In this document: positions 1 through 11,779 of the stretch, piece by piece | Position numbering within the stretch: position 1 is the stretch's first letter | How the letters are laid out: the number at the start of each line of letters is the position of its first letter | Origin: Rhynchobatus australiae | Lineage: Eukaryota | DNA: 64,000 nucleotides | Reading direction: 5' to 3' | Assembly: GCA_034780895.1 (NCBI GenBank) | Contig: JAUZTB010000001.1 | Span: forward strand, 135,619,794-135,683,793 | The notes under the pieces: generated by a model | Database searches by the model: none | What the model saw: the letters and a program-made list of their open reading frames with translations, nothing else | Told to the model about the DNA's origin: nothing | Position numbers and translations under genes: made by a program

Positions 1-1974
1 CATTTCACATATTAACCAAATCGACAACAAAAAAACTTTATTCACTTCCACTTCCCAACCAGTGCTATATAAAATCCCACATACCCTTATTTTTGATAAT
101 CATCTTTCATGTGGAACCAAATTGAATTTTTTTCTGCAAGTCCATTTGGACTCCCTCGAAGACAATCCTCAGGCACCAAGGTGGTAATGCTCTCAAAACT
201 ACAGTCTGGACCTATCATTCATAAATTCATGCCAACTCTTTCAATCACCTCATTGTGTCTGAATGCCAAGTCATTCTGCAGGATTGAACATAGAAAGAGT
301 TTGCAGTTATCTGGTTTCTCTCTCCACCTTACCTAAGATAACGTAACGGCTGTAGCATCTTTCCAAGCTGAAGTCAATTCTGTTAAACCCCTTGGGAAAA
401 TTATGGCCATTGCTGTATTATTTTAGAGCTTGAGGTTCTGGAATATTTGTCCATCTTGCCATGCATGTTATTTTCAAATCCTTCTCCACTTAGAAAACAG
501 ATAAAATATTGTTTAATGTTGAAAAACTTAATCCACAAATAATTTAACACCAGGATGAAAGTGCTGTTATAGGTAGGGTTTGAAACTCAGTAATATGCTC
601 TTATCTGTCTTTATAGGCAATTTAAAAATAAAAGCCCCAATCAAGTTTAATTCACATTAAACACCACCATTCAATTGTGTATCTTAAACAAGGACACTGT
701 TAGCAGAGGGTCACCATACATCTGCCCACATTCCCATATCACACTTCTATCCACCTGGAAGAAAAAAATTCCAAAAAAAATCTATCATTTTTATTGGCAA
801 GCAAGTATAAACTCTGGTTTCATTCCTCAGAATATTCCGTGCACTCCAGTGAAAACAATGAATAACCTGGATACTTTGTACATATGGGTTGAAATATTCA
901 GGGATAAAAAGGTCATTCAAAATTGTAATTTCATTCTGTGGTAATCACTCCAACAGATAACTGCAATCAAAGAGCACTGGAACATATTTAGGCAGTGTAT
1001 ATAGTTGGTTGGTCAGGCAATATCAGGTGCAGAATTGTGCGCCAACAGCCCATAGTGAGTGTGCAGTTGTCGATACTATATGATCTCAGATGGACCAATT
1101 CACATCTGGAAAGATAGTCATCACAATACACTTGTTGACATCTGTTGAAAGGTGATTTAATAGCACTCTTGTAGCTTGACAGGTTAGGTGTTCCACTGGT
1201 TCACCCAAATTGTCGAGGTTTTCAATGTGGGGGCGTTAGATTACCACGATTCTCCACCTTATTTCCATGGAAACATTGCAAGGACAAGGGCAGCCAAATG
1301 GGACGGCAGAACAATAAAGCAACCAAATGAATGCCATCAAGAAGTTTTAAATGTAGGACATAATGGGCTTGATTATGCTCCTGTACCACAATGTAAAGAA
1401 TGTCAGAAACTGTCAAGAACTTTTGGTGCTTCCCACAGATGCATTACACCTAGAAAAAAATGCAATTCCATAACTTCTGAGAAACCTTCAAAAACCAAAA
1501 TATGGGGAGAATCAGGGCTGCACAAAAGCAAAAAAGGGAATAAACTTACTGCTGGATTAACCAATTATGGGATAGAGTGAACTAGCAGCAGCACGAATTA
1601 GTGTTAAAAATGCCAACATTTTAATTACTAGGTTATAACAAACTTCACAAATCCTGCATCAATTGCTTAGCAGTTACCAACATGAGCCTTGGTACCCACA
1701 ACATGCACCTTTAGTCCAACTTCCTGATGGAGAGAGGAACCACTGCATTGCCAGAAGGGATAAGTTGCAGGGTTTTAATGCAATATTAAAAGGTGCAGGA
1801 AACTGCAAGCCACAAAAGACTCCATCTACCCAGCCAGTCCCAAAATGTTGCTTCTTGGCATTATTTGAATAGCAGAGTCCAGACTCCTTTCTAGCTGAAC
1901 ATCAGGGTTCTGGGGCATTTGTGCACAAAATGAATGCTGCATTTACCCATCACAAAGTCAGTGTAAACAAAATA

Positions 1975-2330
1975 CAGTAAAACTTAGATAATCTGCTATC
2001 CAACCATTTGGAAATCCAGATGTTTCTGCATCAGCTCAGCTAGTAATATTTTCAGCACTTTGCTTGCCACCTGCACTGTTCACTAGCTGGTAGCCTGGCT
2101 CCCACTCTCCCCTTCCACTCACTGGGGACTATGTTTCTCCACTCCCCTTCCACTCACCAGGTTCCCATGCTCCCTTGAAACTTAGCTGCTTCTGTTTCCC
2201 ATGCTCCCTTTAAACTTACTGGGTTCACTGGAAAATTTATTCTGTTTAACATCTAAAAGTAGTGACTTAGAGTGTTGGAGCATTAATAAAACATCTGATA
2301 TTCCAGAAAGATGCTGGTCCAGTTTTACTG
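1975..2330. mobile_element. Putative non-autonomous DNA transposon (pogo/Tigger-like MITE)
   Basis: Perfect 10-bp terminal inverted repeat CAGTAAAACT (1975-1984) / AGTTTTACTG (2321-2330). Preceded by TA and followed by CA. Imperfect subterminal match (tggaaatccagatg / catctgatattcca). Internal degenerate tandem repeats at ~2095-2230. Confidence 0.55.
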
Positions 2331-4619
2331 CAGTTTGAGGGGAAACACATTGTTGAGATACAATAGTTTGGAACAGATTTCTAGAGCAAGGGAGACCAAG
2401 GGGGAGACTCAACCAATCTATACATTGTATGAGATCTACACTGTGAACCAGATGGAACAGTACATCCTTAGTACATAAATTAACAGCTGAGGTCTGGAAT
2501 ACTGTCAAAGGTTGGCAAAGGCAGAAATCCTCATCACATTGCAGCAGTACTACAGTGAACATCTGAAGAGCTGTGACTACCAAGGCTACCAAGTGCAAGT
2601 TTGGAAGTGGGATTAAGCCAGCATGGATATAATGGGCCAAATGGCCTCCCCATGCGTAATGGAATCTGGTATCAGAATCATTTTCCCTTTTGCATTTATT
2701 ATATAACATGGCATACAACGAATTTCTTAAAAGAATTTTCAATAAGATTCTTATGCTTTTCACAGCTGTCCACTCACCTATAATCAATTTATAAGAAATC
2801 ATTTAATAGTCATGGTACTTGATTAGCAAGTTGCAAGTTCAAAGCCTATTGTGACAAACTGAAACTGAATACAGCTTGTGGACTAGCAGATAACTGGCTA
2901 CAGAAGTCCTGCTGTTCCACAAACTGTAGTTTCGCTAATGTTTCAGTATAAATCTACAACACTCAGGTAGCCTGGTCTATGTAACGAGATCTAAGACTAC
3001 AACTCTATGTTCTATATTAATGCAGAGTAACTGAAAGATGGTCAATACATCTTACTTCTTCAATGCAATCCAAATTACAAACAAAAGACCTCTGATACAC
3101 CAGTCTTGTACATTTCCTTTGGAAATTAGCACACTCAATGATTAAATTGCAACAGTAAACAAGAAATAGATTTAACAGCATTGTGCTTCTTCCTTAAAGA
3201 TCGATATTTTACGGAAGTACTGTGTGCCAAACATTTCAAATTTACAACATTGGAGCAGATTAGTCCAGATTAGTTCAAGACAAAGCTAATTCATCCAGAC
3301 TTTGTACTTCACTGTCTTGCAAGTTTTAGCTTTAAATTCCCTTGTGCAATGATAAACCCAAGTAATTAAGATTGGGCCTAGTCATCATTCATCTCAATCC
3401 TCAAAATGTCACTATGGCAGAAGTGTTCTGAAAACTGATCACTAAAGGCTCTCGTTCAGTCAAATAATGTACACAGAACTATGTGCCAGTATGATCAAAC
3501 AGTAACCCAAGGATGACATTAGCTCCTTTTGACCCAATTCTTAAACAATAAAGTAGGAACAAAATGTACCTTAGAAGTGATGTGATAATAAAAGCTATAC
3601 CACTGGTTTAAAATCACTCAGGATCTCCAATAACAACCATTATAATTCTCCTACCATTAAAACATTGATGTGGAATTGAGTNNNNNNNNNNNNNNNNNNN
3701 NNNNNNNNNNNNNNNNNNNNNNNNNNNNNNNNNNNNNNNNNNNNNNNNNNNNNNNNNNNNNNNNNNNNNNNNNNNNNNNNNNNNNNNNNNNNNNNNNNNN
3801 NNNNNNNNNNNNNNNNNNNNNNNNNNNNNNNNNNNNNNNNNNNNNNNNNNNNNNNNNNNNNNNNNNNNNNNNNNNNNNNNNNNNNNNNNNNNNNNNNNNN
3901 NNNNNNNNNNNNNNNNNNNNNNNNNNNNNNNNNNNNNNNNNNNNNNNNNNNNNNNNNNNNNNNNNNNNNNNNNNNNNNNNNNNNNNNNNNNNNNNNNNNN
4001 NNNNNNNNNNNNNNNNNNNNNNNNNNNNNNNNNNNNNNNNNNNNNNNNNNNNNNNNNNNNNNNNNNNNNNNNNNNNNNNNNNNNNNNNNNNNNNNNNNNN
4101 NNNNNNNNNNNNNNNNNNNNNNNNNNNNNNNNNNNNNNNNNNNNNNNNNNNNNNNNNNNNNNNNNNNNNNNNNNNNNNNNNNNNNNNNNNNNNNNNNNNN
4201 NNNNNNNNNNNNNNNNNNNNNNNNNNNNNNNNNNNNNNNNNNNNNNNNNNNNNNNNNNNNNNNNNNNNNNNNNNNNNNNNNNNNNNNNNNNNNNNNNNNN
4301 NNNNNNNNNNNNNNNNNNNNNNNNNNNNNNNNNNNNNNNNNNNNNNNNNNNNNNNNNNNNNNNNNNNNNNNNNNNNNNNNNNNNNNNNNNNNNNNNNNNN
4401 NNNNNNNNNNNNNNNNNNNNNNNNNNNNNNNNNNNNNNNNNNNNNNNNNNNNNNNNNNNNNNNNNNNNNNNNNNNNNNNNNNNNNNNNNNNNNNNNNNNN
4501 NNNNNNNNNNNNNNNNNNNNNNNNNNNNNNNNNNNNNNNNNNNNNNNNNNNNNNNNNNNNNNNNNNNNNNNNNNNNNNNNNNNNNNNNNNNNNNNNNNNN
4601 NNNNNNNNNNNNNNNNNNN

Positions 4620-4780
4620 GACCCCACGATCCATGTTCCTCCACATTGCTAAGAGTCTTGCTATTAACCTTGTATTCTGCCTTCAAATTTGATCTTCCAC
4701 TTTTCCGGGTTGAACTCTATCAGCCACTTCTCAGCCCAGCTCCGCATCCTATCAATATCCTGTTGTAACCTACAGCAACT
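4620..4780 (-). mobile_element. CR1-type LINE fragment (RT 3' region)
   Basis: Recognisable CR1 ORF2 sequence on the minus strand (ttgaactctatcagccacttctcagcccagctccgcatcctatcaatatcctgttgtaacc); truncated by the N gap. Confidence 0.65.
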
Positions 4781-4784
4781 ACTC

Positions 4785-5067
4785 CTACATTAATCCCCAT
4801 TGTTTATTCTCCCCACAATCTCTAACTCTTTCCACTAAACCACCGTCCCCCGCCCCCCCCAAACACTCAATGCACTAGGGGGAATTTAGTGGCCACTTAA
4901 CCTACTGCCCACATCTTTGGGATTGGGAGGGGTGGGCACAGAACTAGAGCACCTAGAGGAAACACATGCAGTCACAGGGAGAATGCGCAAATTCTATACA
5001 GACAGTACCCCAAGGTTAGAATTGAACTTGGGTCTCTGGTGCTGAGGCAGCAGCTCCACCACTGTGC
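4785..5067 (-). mobile_element. HE1/V-SINE-type tRNA-derived SINE
   Basis: Minus strand reads gcacagtggtggagctgctgcctcagcaccagagacccaagttcaattc (tRNA A/B-box-like head), then the V-domain-like ...atttgcgcattctccctgtgactgcatgtgtttcctctaggtgctctagtt...ccaaagatgtg. Confidence 0.8.
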
Positions 5068-5384
5068 TCAGTTTCTAGCTTGTCCACCCATTTCAGGAGG
5101 TACACTGCATTGACAGCATTAGATTCTTTAAGCACTCCTTCCCAGGTTATGAGGGGGTTCCATGCTTGAGAATTGTTTGGAACCTGAACAGTTCTCAAGT
5201 CTGAAATGTGGCCAACCAAGGGCAAAGTGCAGTTAAATGCCTGAGTTCCCACACTCCAGAAATTGCCTGCAGCCCCATAGCAACCAGAAAATCCATCCTG
5301 GCAGTGCCCCAAACGCTCATTCATATGTACATATGTCAGGGGTTGTAACCTGGGGAGGACCTGTACCAATACAACAGAAAAAAT

Positions 5385-5972
5385 ATTCTATACACAATGT
5401 GGCTACAAGAATAAGTCACAGGTTAGGAACTCTGAAGCGAGTAACTTGTCTAACTCCCCAAAGCCTGTCCACTATCCAAAAGGGTCGTGTCAGGAGTGTG
5501 ATGGAATACTCTGTCTGGATGAGTGCAACTTCAACACTATAAAGGACATAACAGGCCACTTGATAGGTACCCTATTCATAATCATTCACTCATTCCACTA
5601 CCAACACACAGTAGCAGCAGTTTGTACCATTTAAGAATTCATTGCAGCAACCCACCAAGATCCCTTAGACAGCACCTTCTAAACCCATAACCTCCACCAG
5701 CTAGAAAAACAAGGGCAGCAAAAGGATGGAAACACCACCACCTGGAAGTTTCCCTCCAAGTCACACACCATCCTGACTTGAAAATATATTACTGTTCCTT
5801 CACCATCACTAGGTCAAAATCCTGGTACTATCATTGCTGTTATAACCATAGTGCAAAGACCGCAGTGGTTCAAGCTGGCAGCTCACCACCACCTTCTCAA
5901 GGGCAATAAGGGACGGGCAATTAAATACTGGCTCAGCCTGTGAAGCCCACATCCCCCTCACTGAATAAAAAA
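5385..5972 (+). mobile_element. LINE 3' end (CR1/L2-group), degenerate
   Basis: Decayed RT C-terminus (RVT.LTPQSLSTI.K..VRSVMEYS), then a 3' UTR ending gggcaataagggacgggcaattaaatactggc...gcccacatccc...gaataaaaaa. Related tails at ~15475-15800 (-) and ~62590-63000 (+). Confidence 0.75.
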
Positions 5973-8900
5973 CTCAAAAAAGGACAAGAATTTAGTTTCT
6001 TCATATCTGGTGACTAATGAGTGAAAATACCACTACCTAAATTGCTAGATTAAAAGCAATATTAAATTGTGTACTGATCCATCTTGCAAGTCTCAACTTT
6101 GCAGCTATTCCTGTCAACTTTATCTGTAAGTATTTGCATCTGTGACAAAAGTTTTTATTTAAAGGCTCAATTCTAATGGATGCCAATAAATACTAATGAC
6201 ACTGCTTGCTTGTCAAGTTCAATGTGCTATATTTGAACCATTTAGTTCTTTTTCATGTCCCATTAATAGCTGTTAAAGCCTACTGACCCTGAAATCTTAC
6301 CCAAAGAAATAAGCTCTAAATGAAGCCCTTGGCTGTTTTCGGTCCACTGCATCATTTAGATCCTGTCAAAGCAACTCATTAGGTGGCACAATGTCAAACA
6401 TAAGATTGATCAAATCTATCTTAATGCAAGATATGCTCACAACCAGGACTCTAGTTCAAATGACTAGGGTTCTACAGAGTAGTTGTCTGGGTAACAACTG
6501 ACATACCCATGTTTTCTTTTCAAAGGGCAAGGTTAAGCAAAGGAATGGCAGTAAGACCAGTGTTGCAACTCAAGTTTCAGTCATAAATTGTTTCATTTAC
6601 ACTCAAGAGGTATCCAAGAGGTAACAGCTCAAGAACATGGAATTAGTGAATATCTTGTACAAGAAAAAATTTAAATTCTTCCATCCAACGAGGGAAATCT
6701 ACAAGAGTGTTTTCTTTTAAAATTGGTTACATTATGTACCCACAGGTTGTACTCTGTAGACAGGAAAATTAAGTATTTTCTGAAACTTTTAGTACACCAT
6801 CGTTATCAAGTTACAATAACATGCATCTCTATAGGAAAAAATTGCTATTGAGAATATTTGAAAAAACTCATCTATGATGCAAGCTGGACTAAGAATTGGA
6901 TGCATTTTGGAAGCAGCATTTCAAACAGGTTTGAGAATCTAGCCCAACACCCCACCCCCACCAACAGCCTCACCCATTAATGAGGGCTTCTTTGACGGCG
7001 GTTCCTTGACTATCAGAACAGCAGGCTTTTATCAACACCTGTCAATCCAATTTTCATTGACTTAATATAATTTGGGAAATGAAGAATGCACTAATGGGTA
7101 GGCCAGTTACACAAGGTTTCTGAGCAGAACCATCTTACTGTCATGACGGTTAACGAGAACTTTTGCAGCGCCATAACAGGGCAACTAAAGGCCAGTTACA
7201 TAACTATGGGATTGCAAAGGGCGAATCCAATGACTAATGCATCAATAATCAGGCAATCCAATTCTAAATGCGATGACTGAAAGAACCAGAGAACATCTAT
7301 TTTTTAATGCAACAAATCTAAATGGATAGAATTTGAAGCATGCCGAGTGGGTAAAGGATGCTGACTCAACAGGATTCCTCAATAGGGAATTAAATAAGTG
7401 GAGAAACAATTTTGATGGGTATGAAGAAAAGTGGGACTAGATTTTTTTTGGAAGAGAATCACCTTAGACTTAAGCAGCTATACTATTATATAGTTTTATG
7501 TTAAGGAGATTCAGAGCAGACTGCAAGTGTACAGGGCTATTCAACAGTACTTCATCCATTACAAAGCTCTTGAAAAGGCAACCTAAAATATATAATTGTA
7601 TAGTTAGCAGTTTCAGATCAGGTATCTGCAGAATGGTTATGTCACTAGCCCATACGAGATAAATGTTGGTGATAACATCAACACCGTATTGCATTATGGT
7701 TTTACTTTGAAAGTTTCAACTGCTGTCGCTGCTTCTTGTATTACTTCTCATAATGGCTGTCACAGTTCGACAGGTCAATCTCAACACTAATGGTTGTTCA
7801 ACACAAGACATCAAACCGATTAACAGTCCCAGATGTTTTTCTTAAAAGAAAAAAAAACAGTTGGATGAAATCTAACAGAACAGCTTCTTAATTTCCTGGA
7901 CATCTATCTTAAAACTGCAAATTCCTATTTAAAAATGAACGATCCCTAAACCTGGGCGAATAACCCGTAGTAATTTTCATCAACCAGCTAAGAACGGTTA
8001 CCCAATTAATCTCTGCGGTTTGAGTGCGGCTCTATTTCCTGTCGAGACTATAAGACCTTTTACAGATTGACTGATACTCTGCGTAGGCGTTCCTGCCCCT
8101 TAGAAGCTTGGAAATGGAAGGCGACCGCTGTAATTATCTGCCGGCAGATGAAAAGGAAGCTGAGNNNNNNNNNNNNNNNNNNNNNNNNNNNNNNNNNNNN
8201 NNNNNNNNNNNNNNNNNNNNNNNNNNNNNNNNNNNNNNNNNNNNNNNNNNNNNNNNNNNNNNNNGTGGGGTGGGCAAATGGGTACATTGGGGGGAGGGGA
8301 ACCAGTGGATGGGGTGTGTGGGTGATGAGCAGATTGAATGGGTGGAGGAGGGGGTCACAAAAAAAGGTAAAGAGTGAGGATGAGTGTGGGATTCGGGATT
8401 ATAAAGAACCTGACACCAAGGTATTTGAATTATAGGAACCATTTCAAGAAACTGTTTACTGGAACCAATTTTGAGTTGGGAAGCTTGGGAATGTCAAGGA
8501 TCAGCTACACTTAGAGAGTGGGCAGAACCTTTATCAAAGGACTAAATTCCTCCACAAGATAGATGGGATAAAATCGTATTGAATGTAGTACTTTTCAAAT
8601 GCCTAAATCAGTATTTTGTGACTGCATATCATGTAGGCAATATTTTTATTGAACTGAATGCTCACCAATCCTTGTCACGGTTGTAGTTACCCCAGAGGTC
8701 TCTTGTCCACCTGTAGCAATAGCACTGCGACAAAACACCAAACAGATTAATTGTAAAGCAGTGAATGGCAATAACTAGCCAACCAGGCTTGGTCTCACTG
8801 TTGGGGTAGGTAAGGTTCCTGTTCCTGAAGGCAGCAGTTTGAGTTCTGACGACAGTCTAGATGCTTAAATGATCATCAATTCCCAGGTTCTTGACTCAAA

Positions 8901-9903
8901 AACTAACATTTTTTTAAACTCAATTCATCCTGCAACAGAATCTGACCATGACACATTCTGGGGTGAACCCTCAGTTTCAAATTAAGTAATAGGATTGTCA
9001 TGGCATTAGATGGAACGCAATTGGGCATTGAGTCTATGTTGTCTCCTACTTAAACAATCCCCCTGAATATAACAATCTGAAAATCATTCTCTCTCAAGTA
9101 CCTGTCTAACTTCACAGAGTTCTACTTCCTTTATACCTCTTTGATTGATTCTGTTTCCACCAACACTGAAGGCAGTGAATTCCTGAATAGAGCCATGTCT
9201 GTGTAACAACGTTTTTACTCACATCCACTGCTTATCTTCTGCCCAGAAAGTTTAAAACTGTGTCGCCCTGTCCTTGAAACATCTGCTATTGGGAACAGCC
9301 TTATCTAACTGCATCATGATGATGTCTACCTCTATCTAATCTCTGTTGGAAAAAAAATATCGGCTTCTCCAGTCTAACCATATGGCTGAAATCCCTGATC
9401 CCCAGAGATGTTCAAATAAATATTTTCATCAGTCTCTCCTCAACCTTCACATCATTTCAAAAGATTTTTTGACTTTTGTATTCATCATTCTGCAAAATAT
9501 TGGAAATTGATGCTTATTCTTATTGGAAAGAGGATTGAATGGGGTCAGTCTCTTGTAAAGATATGGCACTGAAGCTAACAGAGCAACACAATACTCTGTT
9601 AAACATCAATTTGTCCATGATTAAGGCAACAAATTGGCCTTGATCCCCTAGCTATGGGAAACACAGGTGTTGCTGTCTGCTATTCCCATATCTAGCCCCA
9701 TTTCTCCTTTGCCCACTGTCTGTCACCCTCTTTCACCTTGGAGCATCTTTCCTTTTGTCAGATAATCAGTAAAAGAAAAAAACTGCAGATGCTGGAAATC
9801 TGAAATAAAAACAGAAAATGTTGGAGAACTTGGAAGGTCAGGAGGTAACTATGGAAGGAGAAACAGTCAATATTTCAGATCGAAGATCCTTCATCAGATG
9901 TTG

Positions 9904-9945
<42 letters not shown>
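9904..9945 (+). repeat. (TGA)14 microsatellite
   Basis: Direct count: 42 nt of perfect TGA repeats; the source of the poly-Ile ORF 9875..10057. Confidence 0.98.
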
Positions 9946-9946
9946 C

Positions 9947-9985
9947 TAGTTTTGATGAAGGGTCTTTGACCTGAAACGTTAACTG
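9947..9985 (+). ncRNA. Minimal type I hammerhead ribozyme-like motif (C3 to U variant)
   Basis: TAGTT-TTGATGA-A-GGGTC-TTT-GACCT-GAAA-CG-TT-AACTG: stems I and II can pair; GAAA and the ACGU palindrome are intact. Confidence 0.6.
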
Positions 9986-11484
9986 TTTCTCTTTCCACAG
10001 ATGCAGACTGACCCGCTGATTGTTACCGGTATTTGCTATTTTTATAATCTGAAACAATAGCTCTGTTTCTCTCTTTGCCTGACCTGCTAAGTACCTCTAG
10101 CATTTTCTGTTTTACATTAACTAATCTTTCCTGCCTTCCACTTCAAAGACCTTCACTTTCATTCTCTCCCCACTCCTTCCTTATTTTTCTGTGTCTTGTT
10201 TCACTAATTGGCTAGCTTTTTCTATCAATGACTTAGATTCTTAGCCCCCCCCCCCCACTTGAATTTCTTGGAACATATCTGGAGTTGTTTAAGGCAAACA
10301 TGCAAGTGTTCTGGGTGAAAGAATGCACGTTGTAAGACCAGCAGTAAAACAATGTCAGAATGATTTACTTCAATTGCACCACACCTCTCTCCAAATGCCC
10401 CAACCCACCCAAAGTCATAGATCTGTGTAATGAGTGTCTTTGAATGCTTCAGTTCAGCTTATCTTTTAAAAAAAATTCACGCTTGAGGATGAACAGGTAC
10501 AATATTTGCTTCATGCAACTGCAAAAATATTAAAGGTACTGGATTAGCAAAATTTGACAAATGTGGAGTTATTTTATGAACTTTTATTACATGTTCAGGA
10601 ATGATCAACTCAAATTATTCACAACTTCAAATCTCAACTCCAGCAGACCAAATACCAGCAAATTCCAGAGCCTTCCTTTAAATTCAATTCCTAGTCAAGT
10701 ACTGTTACGCATTTAAGCGGAATCATACAATACCATATGCAACATTCCACAATCTGCAAATACAGAACTTGAGTGCAGAAGACTGCCTGCACAGAACTAC
10801 TAGTCAAATGGAAAATCATCTGCTACAAGTTAAACGGAGTTCACCTTGAACATAAAGATGGGCCAGTGAATATTTGCTTCTAATCATGCTCAAAGGAATT
10901 TAAAATAAATTCTTTTGCATAATATTTTGTGATTAAAAACAGTTTGGGTGATTACAGCCCTTTGACTTCAAAGTATAATTATTATGGATGAAAACAATCA
11001 ACTTGCATCATCCAGTTTTGATTTACACATGTGAATGGCTTTGCACTTGATGTTGAATTTCATCTTCCACCTGAATATCTAAGTGTGATCAAACCTTCAT
11101 TCATTTCATCCAATTCAGCTTTGCTGTCTTCCACATTCATTATCTATATCATCTGGGTACTTCATGTCTCTGTGCACATGAACCACTAACTCCAGTTCAA
11201 TTAAAATATTGAACAATGATCTAAGGCACCTGTGTGGGATCCTACTACATTATATTCTCCCAAGCTAAGAACCACCCTGCTCTGCTCACTGGCTTTTAAT
11301 TGGACAATTGTTTCCCTTGTGGAATATTTCCACCTGCTTTATTTTCAGGACCAGCCTTTCCAGGCAAACTGCAAAGGTTTTACTGAAAGCAGAGCATCTG
11401 ACCATTCACTTATAAACCTGTCAGATCTTTAATGTTTGATCGGCAGGACTTTTCCATCAGAATTATATGCTTGTTTCTAAACTT

Positions 11485-11720
11485 AAAAGCAGTGGAGTTC
11501 TTCCAATTGCCTTAACCAATACTTATCTTGCAATCAACAGCACTTTAACAAATTGCAAGGTCAAAAAATCACACTGCTGTTTGAGAGAGACTGCTGTATA
11601 CAAACTGGCTGCCACATTTGCACTACAACATTGGCTATATGTCAAGAGTACTTAGTTGGTTGCTACATGCATTGGGATGGTAAGTCAGTGTACGAACTGT
11701 ATGAACCAATTTTTTTCTTT
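11485..11720 (+). mobile_element. Deu-domain SINE remnant (AmnSINE1/SacSINE1-like)
   Basis: Degenerate ...acactgctgtttgagagagactgctgtatacaaactggctgccacattt...ctacaaca...agagtacttagttggttg...gcattgggatg resembles the Deu-domain/3' region as I recall it. Confidence 0.55.
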
Positions 11721-11779
11721 TCATGATTGTCTTTAATGAGGGTAGTCACGTTATATTCATGTGTGTATCTGAAATCTAT

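Larger units (their letters stand above)
9781..10115. mobile_element. Palindromic Penelope-derived short element with hammerhead-like cores in both arms
   Basis: The left arm 9781-9897 and right arm 9951-10045 are imperfect reverse complements. Arm sequence matches the 3' terminus of the Penelope copy at 45370-45470 and 47690-47785. A further partial arm lies at 10061-10115. Confidence 0.75.

Noticed and set aside
1188-2802. ORFs 1188..1580 (+, 130 aa) and 2182..2802 (-, 206 aa)
   Set aside because: No recognisable domain or exon structure; the second overlaps the MITE candidate and a decayed LINE-like tail. Consistent with chance ORFs.
3614-4692. Long ORFs in the track (also ~14300-14710, 21190-21510, 37245-37800, 40640-41170, 59480-60316)
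   Set aside because: They consist almost entirely of X from N gaps; no coding evidence.
9875-10057. Poly-isoleucine ORF
   Set aside because: Translation of the (TGA)14 microsatellite within a repeat element.
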